Positions 9,569 through 18,107 of a DNA stretch of 59,177 bases are shown in pieces. The DNA lies in IMG/VR virus record IMGVR_UViG_3300009419_000009, positions 62,001-121,177 of that record; one strand, written 5' to 3'. The translations under genes were made by a program, and so were the position numbers. This stretch comes from an uncultured virus (IMG/VR IMGVR_UViG_3300009419_000009) (Duplodnaviria; Heunggongvirae; Uroviricota; Caudoviricetes). The notes under the pieces are model-generated. The model worked only from the letters and a program-made list of their open reading frames with translations. It had not been told where the DNA came from and ran no database searches. Numbering within the stretch: position 1 is the first letter of the stretch; each line of letters starts with the position of its first letter.

Positions 9569-11506
9569 TTAGATAACTGGGTCTGTGATGTACATCGCGT
9601 GATATTTTATCTGCGTGTCTGCATTGGTGCCCTGTGCTTTGATATTCATTATAGCAGTAAAGCTAACTTCAGTGCTCCAGGTTAGCATGGACGACCCAGT
9701 CTTGCTCACAAACGTGCTGGTGTGAAATCCTGCCAGGTCATCATGCACAACATACAATTCACCTATTTCGTAATTGTCACCTGTTACAGTTTTGGCTGTG
9801 TAGGTATATTTGGCAGCACGGTATAAATGAATGTCCCAAGTGTCAACAGTAAAAGTAGAAACACCTACATTGGCATACGCTGTGTCCACCACAATTGGAT
9901 TTGTTGCAACCGATATTCCAGCTGAAAGAGAACGTATTTCAATAATGTCTGTGGTCAACGGAACTGTGGAAAAAGTAATTATGTTTCCTGCCACAGAGTA
10001 TGTGGTGCTTGGTCGCTGTATCACACCGTTGAAATTGACCAGTACAGATGTTGTGGTACTTTCTTGTGCCAGGCTAAACGATGCTGATGTTCCGTCTGGA
10101 ACTATAGTTTCGCTAGTGATTACATTGGTTGTGGGATTGATCCAGCCAGCACCATCGTACCATTCAATTGATCCTAGATCTGTGCTGAATCTAAGATCGC
10201 CCACTTGTTCCAGTCCTGGAGTTGGACGTTGTGCTTCTGTGCCAACTGGCAATCTCAAAACACTGCTGGTATCAATTACCACACGATCATTGTTGAAGCC
10301 AGTTAGTCTTAGTTCACCTGCAACAGTGCTAACAGTGTTGTCAGCGATGGTTATGTCCTGCCAGGTTATTTTGCCATCTTCAATCCTGCCCTGTTCCACA
10401 CCTCTCACGCTAAAAATCACGTTGCCTGCAAAGATTCCGCCTGCGTCACTGTTGTCGTTTACAATAACTCTACTGCGTCCCAATGGACCATCAAAAATAC
10501 TTCTAGTAGATGCCGCGCTAACACTGATAAGAGAATCAACATATGATTTGGTTGCCGCATCACTGGCCAGCGTTGGCACACCAACATCTGTTACTCTGTG
10601 GTTGTTAACAGTGATTACGCCATTGCCGTTGGGATCTAAAATCAAGTCTTGATTGGTAGTAGCAGTTCTTATTCTGTTGTTGAGAACTTCAACATCACCC
10701 ATTCTGGTAATACCGTTGGCTCGTAAATTTTGCCCGTCATAGGTTAAAAAGCTGGTTCCTTTGATCTTGCTATTTTCAGCTGCATCAGCAAACAACACCT
10801 GATTGGTGTTGACGTTGTCCAATCTTATATTGCCAGTTCTTAATAAACTGTTGCTGTTAAAGAAGGTCAAGTTGGTAGTGGTCACTACCCAGTTGTTTGC
10901 CGCAATGTATGCAATACTGGTTGGATTGCTGTTTTGTATCACTAGGTTAGCAGGTGCTAGTGTGTCAAATGTTTGAGAACCTGTGACAGTGAGATTGGCC
11001 AAAACCATGGCACTGTTGGCATTAAAAAATTTAAGGCCAGGGTTGTCAATCAATATGTTGTTGTTGGCAGCAACAAAGGGAATGCGATCAGCTGATAAAT
11101 TACTGATGTTGGCTGTGGCAAATGTTCCTAGTACATTTGCATTCAAATATGTAAAAGTAGCTGGACGAGGATCTAGTCCACCAATAACAGTTCCGTCCAC
11201 ACGACCACTGATAACATTTGCATTGATAACTGTTACGTTGGCAATACCATTGGCTTGTAGCGTAAGATTTTGATTTAGTCCTTGGGTAGTAACTAGAGCA
11301 CCTGCGTCTAGCACCACGTTGCCTATTGCGGCATTGCCGCCAACGTTGAAAACATATGGACCACCGCTGCCACCTCGCAACGCCATTATGAACTCTGAGA
11401 AATTCAAAGTAACCAACTCAAACGAATTGGTCGTAAAAGTCAGATCTATGCCTTGCCGGTCTAATTCCTGCAATAGCATGGGTCCTGCAACTCTTCCAAT
11501 GGCCAT
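9569..11506 (-). CDS. Tail-fibre-like protein (645 aa), paralogous to 5158-9474 at the C-terminus
   Basis: DAATKSYVD motif, GTEAQRP...LRFST module, YRAAKY C-terminal domain; AGGAGG RBS. Confidence 0.75.
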   Translation of the reverse strand: MAIGRVAGPMLLQELDRQGIDLTFTTNSFELVTLNFSEFIMALRGGSGGPYVFNVGGNAAIGNVVLDAGALVTTQGLNQNLTLQANGIANVTVINANVISGRVDGTVIGGLDPRPATFTYLNANVLGTFATANISNLSADRIPFVAANNNILIDNPGLKFFNANSAMVLANLTVTGSQTFDTLAPANLVIQNSNPTSIAYIAANNWVVTTTNLTFFNSNSLLRTGNIRLDNVNTNQVLFADAAENSKIKGTSFLTYDGQNLRANGITRMGDVEVLNNRIRTATTNQDLILDPNGNGVITVNNHRVTDVGVPTLASDAATKSYVDSLISVSAASTRSIFDGPLGRSRVIVNDNSDAGGIFAGNVIFSVRGVEQGRIEDGKITWQDITIADNTVSTVAGELRLTGFNNDRVVIDTSSVLRLPVGTEAQRPTPGLEQVGDLRFSTDLGSIEWYDGAGWINPTTNVITSETIVPDGTSASFSLAQESTTTSVLVNFNGVIQRPSTTYSVAGNIITFSTVPLTTDIIEIRSLSAGISVATNPIVVDTAYANVGVSTFTVDTWDIHLYRAAKYTYTAKTVTGDNYEIGELYVVHDDLAGFHTSTFVSKTGSSMLTWSTEVSFTAIMNIKAQGTNADTQIKYHAMYITDPVI

Positions 11507-11524
11507 TTGCTTCCTCCTACTCTG

Positions 11525-11532
11525 TATTTACC
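11525..11532 (-). promoter_or_regulatory. Late promoter GGTAAATA
   Basis: TAAATA core in a 33-nt intergenic gap. Confidence 0.7.
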
Positions 11533-11539
11533 GAGTAGA

Positions 11540-11956
11540 TTATGCCGCTACTGTGCTGGCGTATCCGTGCAAAACTATTACAGTTTGTCCAAACGGAGGT
11601 GCTGAAGTAAATGTAATTGTTGTACCGCTGACTGTGTATGCCACACCAGGATTTTGAAAAATGTTACCAACAACCACAATAATACGAGTTTCTTGTCCTG
11701 CAGAATAACTCTGACTCATTGTAAATGGTGTGGTGAATCCATCGCCAGTGAATGTGTCTTTAGTAACGTTAACCGGACCTTCACGTGTGAGCGTGTTCCA
11801 TTGAGCACTGTAGTATACTTCTACCAAGTTGGTATCTGTGTTGAATCTAAAGTCACCTGAAATTGGTGTGAGTGGACGTAGACTTGTTGGGCCAAATGGC
11901 ATGACTGCGCCACTGCCAGCTGTTCTAATCCTGTCGTTTTTAAGATGTCGTCCCAT
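11540..11956 (-). CDS. Small virion protein (138 aa) consisting of the RFNT + FTGDG modules
   Basis: GDFRFNTD..VEVY...W and DTFTGDG.TT.FT...Q.PG.AYTVSG..ITF..AP shared with neighbouring fibres. Confidence 0.7.
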   Translation of the reverse strand: MGRHLKNDRIRTAGSGAVMPFGPTSLRPLTPISGDFRFNTDTNLVEVYYSAQWNTLTREGPVNVTKDTFTGDGFTTPFTMSQSYSAGQETRIIVVVGNIFQNPGVAYTVSGTTITFTSAPPFGQTVIVLHGYASTVAA

Positions 11957-11957
11957 A

Positions 11958-12284
11958 TTAGATATTTGTAAAGCTCACTGTGGCAATGAGCAAATTGTCA
12001 GTTAGATTATCCACCCCCACGTTGCCTTGAATTGAATCGCCTGTGTCTAATAGAATACGTTCATTTTCTAAAATGTATGTATCACCGCCTGCAATTCGCA
12101 AGTTATGGTAAATGACTGTGTTTGCATAATCTGTACTGCCGCTTGGCATTAAAAATATATTGCAAGTCAAAGTGTTTGCAGATTTATTACACAAGTACAT
12201 GGTGGTAACCGCAACATTGCTGTTTGCAGTCAAGATAGGCAATGCTGTTGCCGAGTACTTCATTGGAGAATTGGTAATTGCCAT
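11958..12284 (-). CDS. Hypothetical virion protein (108 aa)
   Basis: Tightly packed ORF in the late operon, AGGA RBS. Confidence 0.65.
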   Translation of the reverse strand: MAITNSPMKYSATALPILTANSNVAVTTMYLCNKSANTLTCNIFLMPSGSTDYANTVIYHNLRIAGGDTYILENERILLDTGDSIQGNVGVDNLTDNLLIATVSFTNI

Positions 12285-12296
12285 TCTTTATTTTTC

Positions 12297-12965
12297 CTAA
12301 AATATAATTGAGTAAACGATTGCTCTTTTTTTGCTAATAAGTTCTTCGCCAACCACTGTGCCATCACCGGTGGTAACATACACACCTGTTCCACCAGCGG
12401 CAACATTGCCACCGTGAACGGTATTTCTGTCGCTGACCACGGCAGGAGCACTTGGATATATTTGCAAAGCTAGATTGCTGTTTACTTTTATATACTGAGT
12501 GGTAACTCCTTCTGCGGCAATGCTCACATTGGTATTACTGGTCACCCAGTTTGGTCCTACATTCAAGTTGGCGCTCAACTCTGGTGCAAGATCTTCGTTT
12601 AATTTTGTTAGGCCTGTGCTGGTGGCAACAATGTTAGATTCAAGTCCGCTAGGGTCTTTTACTGTCCACGAATCAAAATCTTCATTCCACAACAAATATG
12701 TGTTTGGAGAGCTGCCACGATTGACTTCAATACCAGCACTTAATGAAGGTGCCGCATCTGGCGCCAAATTTGCAGTAAGTGTAATCTGGTTGTCAGTTAT
12801 GTAAGTGTTTTGGATGTTTGCGGCAGTGTAGTTCAACAGGTATGTATCGCCATTGATACGCAGATTTCCGTTGATAATTACCACATTTGAATCCAAAGTG
12901 ATAGGATCACTTCTATTGACTGTGTTAATTGTGTATGGACCGCTAACGTTTTTAATAATGCTCAT
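12297..12965 (-). CDS. Fibre-like virion protein (222 aa)
   Basis: ITDNQITL...AGIEVNRG...LLWNE..DSW motif also seen near the N-terminus of the 1438-aa fibre; CATAAATA at 12985-12992. Confidence 0.65.
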   Translation of the reverse strand: MSIIKNVSGPYTINTVNRSDPITLDSNVVIINGNLRINGDTYLLNYTAANIQNTYITDNQITLTANLAPDAAPSLSAGIEVNRGSSPNTYLLWNEDFDSWTVKDPSGLESNIVATSTGLTKLNEDLAPELSANLNVGPNWVTSNTNVSIAAEGVTTQYIKVNSNLALQIYPSAPAVVSDRNTVHGGNVAAGGTGVYVTTGDGTVVGEELISKKRAIVYSIIF

Positions 12966-13005
12966 ATGAATTCGCCATTTGCTTTATTTATGCGGTAAGG
13001 AGCTC

Positions 13006-13033
13006 AAACAAAAAGAGGGCCGAAGCCCTCTTT
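13006..13033 (-). terminator. Rho-independent terminator
   Basis: AAAGAGGGC-TTCG-GCCCTCTTTT followed by TGTTT. Confidence 0.9.
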
Positions 13034-13056
13034 AGGATCCACTGCAAACGAGGATA

Positions 13057-13785
13057 TTAAGCGTTGGCTAACACAACAGTAGGTAGTTCTACTACTGATG
13101 GGCCGTCTGCGGCTGATGGGTTTCCACCGCTGGTGCCTGCTTCTGCAGATCCAGTAATGGTCCATTTTGCAGTATCACCATCAGGAACATCAAATCCTGT
13201 GCCGCCGTCGGTGTTTTGTACCAATTCAACTTTGTTCTTGTTGATCTTCTTGACCCAGTATGTGCTGCTTTGGCTGTCTGTAGCAACAATGGCCATTTCG
13301 CCAGCGGCGCTTGGTGTAGCGGCCACTAGCTTGCAAACTGCGGTGCCGTCTTGCGATCTAACTCTAAAACGCTTGCTACCAACTTGTTTCAAAATGTCGT
13401 TGCCAGTGGTGCGGTTTGTGGAACTGATACGCACTTGCGGTGCCAGTGCATTAGCACGAGCAGTTGCAGCCGATACGGAAGTTAATACTGCTGTCAAAGT
13501 TAGTGTACCTTGTGTGCCTGTGTCTGCAGAGATAGTTGCTGATGTGTAGCCAGAACCAACTGTGCTAATGGACACGTTGCCAATTACACCGTTTGCAAAA
13601 GCATTGACAGTACCAACTGCTTGTGTACTACCTGCAATCTGCGGTGCAGAAATTGTTAGTGCATCACCTGTTGTGTAGCCAGATGAATTGTTAGTGCCAC
13701 CTAATGTGACACTGGAGATACCTTCACCGCCAATGTTGTCGGGGTTTGATTCACCAAAGAATTTTTTATTTAGAGGACGTCCCAT
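13057..13785 (-). CDS. Virion protein following gp23 (242 aa, MGRPLNKKFFG...), possible head decoration
   Basis: Start moved to ATG 13785 (AAGGAG at 13793-13798); GSGY-type repeat; own late promoter and terminator. Confidence 0.7.
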   Translation of the reverse strand: MGRPLNKKFFGESNPDNIGGEGISSVTLGGTNNSSGYTTGDALTISAPQIAGSTQAVGTVNAFANGVIGNVSISTVGSGYTSATISADTGTQGTLTLTAVLTSVSAATARANALAPQVRISSTNRTTGNDILKQVGSKRFRVRSQDGTAVCKLVAATPSAAGEMAIVATDSQSSTYWVKKINKNKVELVQNTDGGTGFDVPDGDTAKWTITGSAEAGTSGGNPSAADGPSVVELPTVVLANA

Positions 13786-13804
13786 TTGTTTTCTCCTTAA
13801 TATG

Positions 13805-13865
13805 ATTAGCGTTCTAGGCCTACGCGGTGGGTACCGCATAAGTTACTTGAGTGTCAAGTGAACAT
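13805..13865 (-). promoter_or_regulatory. Structured 5' leader (two adjacent hairpins)
   Basis: Hairpins at 13842-13863 and 13821-13840 between late promoter and RBS. Confidence 0.55.
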
Positions 13866-13867
13866 TA

Positions 13868-13875
13868 TATTTACC
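13868..13875 (-). promoter_or_regulatory. Late promoter GGTAAATA
   Basis: TAAATA core upstream of the structured leader. Confidence 0.7.
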
Positions 13876-13882
13876 TAATAGT

Positions 13883-13911
13883 TTGCTTTGTAGTTGTGTC
13901 TGCTATATAAT
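13883..13911 (+). promoter_or_regulatory. sigma70-type promoter TTGCTT-17-TATAAT
   Basis: -35 at 13883-13888, perfect -10 at 13906-13911, 17-nt spacer. Confidence 0.75.
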
Positions 13912-13916
13912 AGCTA

Positions 13917-13985
13917 CAGGTGCTAGTCAGACAGCATCCTGTTTAGTTGGTACCCGAGTGTAGAAATATGCTCGGGTATTTTTTT
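13917..13985 (+). ncRNA. Candidate ~68-nt small RNA
   Basis: Bounded by a sigma70 promoter and an intrinsic terminator; no ORF; 5' hairpin AGGTGCT...AGCATCCT. Confidence 0.65.
13951..13985 (+). terminator. Rho-independent terminator of the candidate sRNA
   Basis: 12-bp stem TACCCGAGTGTA/TATGCTCGGGTA (two G-U pairs), GAAA loop, then T7. Confidence 0.85.
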
Positions 13986-13990
13986 AGCCA

Positions 13991-14015
13991 ACAAAAAAGC
14001 GCCTTGCGGCGCTTT
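13991..14015 (-). terminator. Terminator of the head operon
   Basis: AAAGCGCC-GCAA-GGCGCTTTTTT after the gp23 stop. Confidence 0.9.
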
Positions 14016-14054
14016 CTTGCTCTTCCCATCCCTGAGTCGATTTTACTTTTGTGA

Positions 14055-15236
14055 TTACTGGAAAGACAAAGTACCAGAAGTGATACCAATCTTGCCCAGG
14101 TAGTCGCCAGCATTGCCAAGAGACGATGCTGTGTTGGTCAATTCTACATAACCATAACGTGTCATAAAGCCCACGACTGGTTCGAATGTAGCTGGATCCA
14201 GCACAACGCCAGAGCTCATTAGCGGTACGTATGGGCAATAGAACGCGGCAGCATCTGCCTCGCTAGAACCTTTGTAACCGATAAGAACTGCTGTGCCTGT
14301 GTTAGCATAGCTGTCAACGTAAACACGCATTGCGCCGTTCAATGTACCAACAAACTTGGTGTTTGTAGGTGCTTCGAAAGTGCCTTCTGTAGTGCGAGCA
14401 AAAGCAGAAGTTGTAGCAGACTGAAGAACTGTTAGAGCCTCAGCAGATACAACTGCCCAGTTTGCCGCGCCACGACGTGTACGCTGAGCGATCAAGTTAG
14501 CAGTACGGTTGATTAGAACTGCCAATGCGGCATGCTCGTCACCAACGAATGTAGCTGTACCAGAAACGCTTGACTGGTCATATGTGAATTCAGTTGCGGC
14601 CAAAGAACGTAGGCTAGCTAGGATTTCTTGGTCAATTTCAACTGTGATTTCTTGTGCAAGTGCGGCCATGATTTCTGCCTCAACATCCAAACCATGCATG
14701 GCTTGTGCGTCTTGAGCAGCTTCAAATGTCCAACGTGCTGACAACTTACGAGTCTTAGCTTCAACAACTTGTTTCAAGATTTGAACATTGATACGATTAC
14801 CTGGTACGCCTTCTAGTGTAGCTGTGTTGCTAGCTCTAGAAGTTGCGCTGTTACCGGAGTAAGCAGTAGCAATACGGAATGGGCTTAGAGCCTCATCACC
14901 GGCTGTTGCGCCATCACCGCTTGTGGTTGCGCTAACTGTGTCAGCGTAACGTACACGTAGTGTATGGATTTGTGCAACTGGACCTGTCATAGGTTGTACA
15001 CCAACGATTTCGTTAGCAATAACGGTTGGCATAACGCGACGGATCACTGGCAGAATCACGCGATTCAATGTAGCTACGTTGCTTGAAGCTGTAGCGCCAC
15101 CTGTTGCATTTTCTGACAGATACTTGCGGGTGTTCTCTAGGATTACACCCATTGTAGTTCTTTTAGAACCATTTAGGCCTTCTAACAGGGCATCTTTTGT
15201 TTCGCCCCAACGGCTCTCTAGTAGTGCGGTTGTCAT
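14055..15236 (-). CDS. gp23: Major capsid protein, T4 gp23 family (393 aa)
   Basis: RRVMPTVIANEIVGVQPMTGP, EAKTRKLSARWT.E.AQD..A.HGLDVE, GYKGSSEADAAAFYCPYVPL, F.P.VGFMTRYG. Confidence 0.97.
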   Translation of the reverse strand: MTTALLESRWGETKDALLEGLNGSKRTTMGVILENTRKYLSENATGGATASSNVATLNRVILPVIRRVMPTVIANEIVGVQPMTGPVAQIHTLRVRYADTVSATTSGDGATAGDEALSPFRIATAYSGNSATSRASNTATLEGVPGNRINVQILKQVVEAKTRKLSARWTFEAAQDAQAMHGLDVEAEIMAALAQEITVEIDQEILASLRSLAATEFTYDQSSVSGTATFVGDEHAALAVLINRTANLIAQRTRRGAANWAVVSAEALTVLQSATTSAFARTTEGTFEAPTNTKFVGTLNGAMRVYVDSYANTGTAVLIGYKGSSEADAAAFYCPYVPLMSSGVVLDPATFEPVVGFMTRYGYVELTNTASSLGNAGDYLGKIGITSGTLSFQ

Positions 15237-15263
15237 TTCTTTTTCCTTCTCCTGTTTAGGGTT

Positions 15264-16361
15264 TTACTTTAGCCCTGCTAAACGCTTGATTTCAATCACG
15301 TTAGTGAAATCTTCAGTGGCGCTGACCTTAGCAGTCTTATCACCAGTTACTGCCGAACGACCTTCGCTGAGCATAGCTTTTGGCTGCGCTTTAACTGGGG
15401 TGTTGTTCAACACGGCTGGAAGATACTTATCAAATGCTTGCTGAAGTTTGTCAGCTTGCACTGATTCAAGAAGTTCGCTCATGATTGAAGCTTTCTCCTT
15501 GTTCAAAGGCTTCAACAAGTTTACAAGGATTTCCTTGCGAGTTGTTGACTCTTTGATAATCTTAATTTCTTTTTCTTTACTTTCCACCAGTGCGGTTTTT
15601 TCTTCTGCCGCACGTGTAGCTTCTGCTAACTTCTGTGACTGAGTGTTCATTTCTACACGTAGTTTAGCAATCTCACGATTCTCATTGAGGTGTGTGACTG
15701 CAAACTCACTAGCAAAAGCTTCAAACAAACGACGACCAAACATGTTCTCGCGAGCAACTTGGATGTCTTCTTTGAGCTGAACCATTTCAGTTTGTAGATT
15801 ATTAGCAATAGCTTCCTTTACCAACTTGGCGCTACGTGTAACAAACTGACCTTTTAACTTGGTCAATTCTTGCTTGGCTTCTGACACCAAACGAACACGA
15901 GCTTCTACCACTGCTCTCTTATCTGTTTCAAATTCTTGAATTTCTTCGGCCAGAGCAGAAACAACAAACTTCTCAAGACGGCTTACGCTTTCTTGATAGT
16001 TTTTGCGATCTGCACGTAGTTCTTTCAATTCTTCGGCTAGCTTGCTAACCATGAACTGATCAAACTTGTTTGCGTTCTCAACCATGCGAGTTTGGAACTT
16101 CACACGATCTTCAGCAAGGGCACGTTTTTCTTCTGCGAACTCTTTAATTTCAGTAGAGAGAGCTTCGGTAACCATGTTGTCTAAGGCATCAACCATTACA
16201 CTTTTATCATGCTCGTAGCGTTGCGCAAATTCTTCACGCAACTCTGCACGTATAGTTTCACGTGCTTCGTGAAGCTTGGTTTCCCATGCTTCTGAAATAG
16301 CTTGATGGGTGTCTTCGTTAACAATACCGGCGTCAACCAGCGGTTTGATAGCATCAAACAT
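15264..16361 (-). CDS. gp22: Prohead scaffold/core protein, gp22-like (365 aa)
   Basis: E/K/A-rich coiled coil between protease and capsid; GRRLFEAFASE motif. Confidence 0.8.
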   Translation of the reverse strand: MFDAIKPLVDAGIVNEDTHQAISEAWETKLHEARETIRAELREEFAQRYEHDKSVMVDALDNMVTEALSTEIKEFAEEKRALAEDRVKFQTRMVENANKFDQFMVSKLAEELKELRADRKNYQESVSRLEKFVVSALAEEIQEFETDKRAVVEARVRLVSEAKQELTKLKGQFVTRSAKLVKEAIANNLQTEMVQLKEDIQVARENMFGRRLFEAFASEFAVTHLNENREIAKLRVEMNTQSQKLAEATRAAEEKTALVESKEKEIKIIKESTTRKEILVNLLKPLNKEKASIMSELLESVQADKLQQAFDKYLPAVLNNTPVKAQPKAMLSEGRSAVTGDKTAKVSATEDFTNVIEIKRLAGLK

Positions 16362-16371
16362 TACCTATCTC

Positions 16372-17007
16372 CTATAGTTTCAAATCATTGATCAGGCGCA
16401 CAACTGCCTCTTTCAGATACTTCTGAACTTTTTGATTATGTACTGCATCACCTGCTACCTCCATCACTCTATGACCGCCTCTCATGTTGAGTAGACCTTC
16501 ATAAATTGCTTTTGGATATGCGTGAGGTGCAGATGGTTGTGCTACAATGTCCACAGTGATTATTTCAAAATCACTGACATGACCAGAGCCTTCGTTTACG
16601 TTTCCGCTTCCACGACTGCTCACTCCTAACTTAACACCACTAGTTAACATGGCTTTCACCAGTTCACCCATTGGGGTTGGTAGAATCTTTAGTTTACCTA
16701 TGCCCGCATGTCCGTCCATGTACATTTCTGTAATCATGTGGCTCACGCGGTCAAGGTTAATTTTTAAGTCATCTGGATGATCAACTTCACCCAGTACACT
16801 TTTTCCGCTTCTTAGTTGCTCGTTGATTTGGCCTACAGCTTTTTCAATCTCAGGAATTGGATAGATACGTTTGTTCTCGTTTCTAATTCCACCCTCGATG
16901 CATGTACCCTTAAGATACCAGTTTTTCTTGCCGTCTGGAGCTTCTTCGTTGAGAAGCTCCAGCTTGGCTGCATCAAAGGTAAGATTTTCTTTTAAGTACA
17001 CTGCCAT
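16372..17007 (-). CDS. gp21: Prohead protease, T4 gp21 family (211 aa)
   Basis: N.NKRIYP, LGEVDHP, INLDRVSHMI, LPTPMG, GVSSRGSG, DIVAQPSAP.AYP. Confidence 0.95.
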   Translation of the reverse strand: MAVYLKENLTFDAAKLELLNEEAPDGKKNWYLKGTCIEGGIRNENKRIYPIPEIEKAVGQINEQLRSGKSVLGEVDHPDDLKINLDRVSHMITEMYMDGHAGIGKLKILPTPMGELVKAMLTSGVKLGVSSRGSGNVNEGSGHVSDFEIITVDIVAQPSAPHAYPKAIYEGLLNMRGGHRVMEVAGDAVHNQKVQKYLKEAVVRLINDLKL

Positions 17008-17020
17008 ATAATTTGCCTAA

Positions 17021-18013
17021 TTACTTTGCGCGGCCAGGTGCGCCATTTAGTGGGCTGTTAGCATTTACGCTTTGCTCACCAGTTTTAGCACTTGCTTTGC
17101 TGTTGTAATAGTCTTGAGCACCCTTGTTGCCGCCTGGTTTGTTGACATTGCGCTTGGCAACATCAATCTCTTGTGGGCTCTTTAGAAAACCGCCTGCTTT
17201 GCCTTTTGGTGATGTACCGCTTGGATCAGCTTCGCTGCCTTGACGCATCATGTTAGCACTTGTGCCGCCCATGTCGTTTTTGCCAGCTACTGGGCTTTTG
17301 GTGTTCTTTTCACCTTGGTTTTCGCTTTTGTTGCCGGTACCGACGTTTTCGCCTTTAGGACCCTTGTAGGCTCCTTTGTCCCAGTCTGTACCAACTTTTT
17401 CTACGTATTCACGAATACGCTCTGCTTCTGTCATTGTGCTAGCATTACGCTTTGCACGGCTTTCAGCAACAGGCTTTTCTTCTTCTTCATCATCAGCAGG
17501 TTCGTCGCCTTCTTCGTCGTCGGCGCTAGCAAATGGATTTTCACCACCTTCGTCGTCGCCGCCTTCGTCGTCGCCTTCTTCACCGTCCATGTCCATTTCG
17601 TCATCAGCTGAACCACCTTCGTCGCTCATCAAACGATCAAATTCTGCTTTGAGTTCGTCAATTGCTGACTCTAGGTCCATGATGTCGTCTTTGGTAGCAG
17701 GAGCACTGCTATCGCCGCCCATGTCGTCACCAGGCATATCGCCCATGTCACCGCCCATGTCGTCAGGCTCACCACCCATGTCGTCGCCAGGCATGCCTAG
17801 CTCATCGTCGGCTTCGTGCATGCCAGTTTCGTCCATCTCAATTTCGTTTTCGAGATTACCGACTGCATTGTTGCTCACTGCTGGTTGTTCTTCGTCCATC
17901 AATGATTCATAGATTTCGCGACTGCGCTCAATTACAATTTGGTGGAAAAGAGCGCGAGCTTTGGACTCGTCATCATTGATAATGTGTTCTATAAGCTGTT
18001 CATATTTGTTCAT
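17021..18013 (-). CDS. Very acidic low-complexity protein, probable prohead core component (330 aa)
   Basis: D/E/G/M-rich middle, K/G/N-rich tail; sits between portal and protease like T4 gp67/gp68; CTTAAATA at 18045-18052. Confidence 0.6.
   Translation of the reverse strand: MNKYEQLIEHIINDDESKARALFHQIVIERSREIYESLMDEEQPAVSNNAVGNLENEIEMDETGMHEADDELGMPGDDMGGEPDDMGGDMGDMPGDDMGGDSSAPATKDDIMDLESAIDELKAEFDRLMSDEGGSADDEMDMDGEEGDDEGGDDEGGENPFASADDEEGDEPADDEEEEKPVAESRAKRNASTMTEAERIREYVEKVGTDWDKGAYKGPKGENVGTGNKSENQGEKNTKSPVAGKNDMGGTSANMMRQGSEADPSGTSPKGKAGGFLKSPQEIDVAKRNVNKPGGNKGAQDYYNSKASAKTGEQSVNANSPLNGAPGRAK
17710..17796 (-). repeat. Degenerate coding repeat encoding (G)DDMGG/DMG units
   Basis: CCCATGTC recurs four times; protein MPGDDMGGEPDDMGGDMGDMPGDDMGG. 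Confidence 0.7.
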
Positions 18014-18107
18014 GAGAACTCCTCTTGGTATATGGCTGTTAAGTTATTTAAGATAACGGCTAAGATTTAGCCAGTTATGTGGATGTTTTTGAATAATTTG
18101 CAACTTT

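Noticed and set aside
13786..13839. Upstream starts given by the ORF track (13839; likewise 23280 and 33129)
   Set aside because: Downstream ATGs at 13785, 23310 and 33069 have SD sequences; the extensions overlap promoters or leaders
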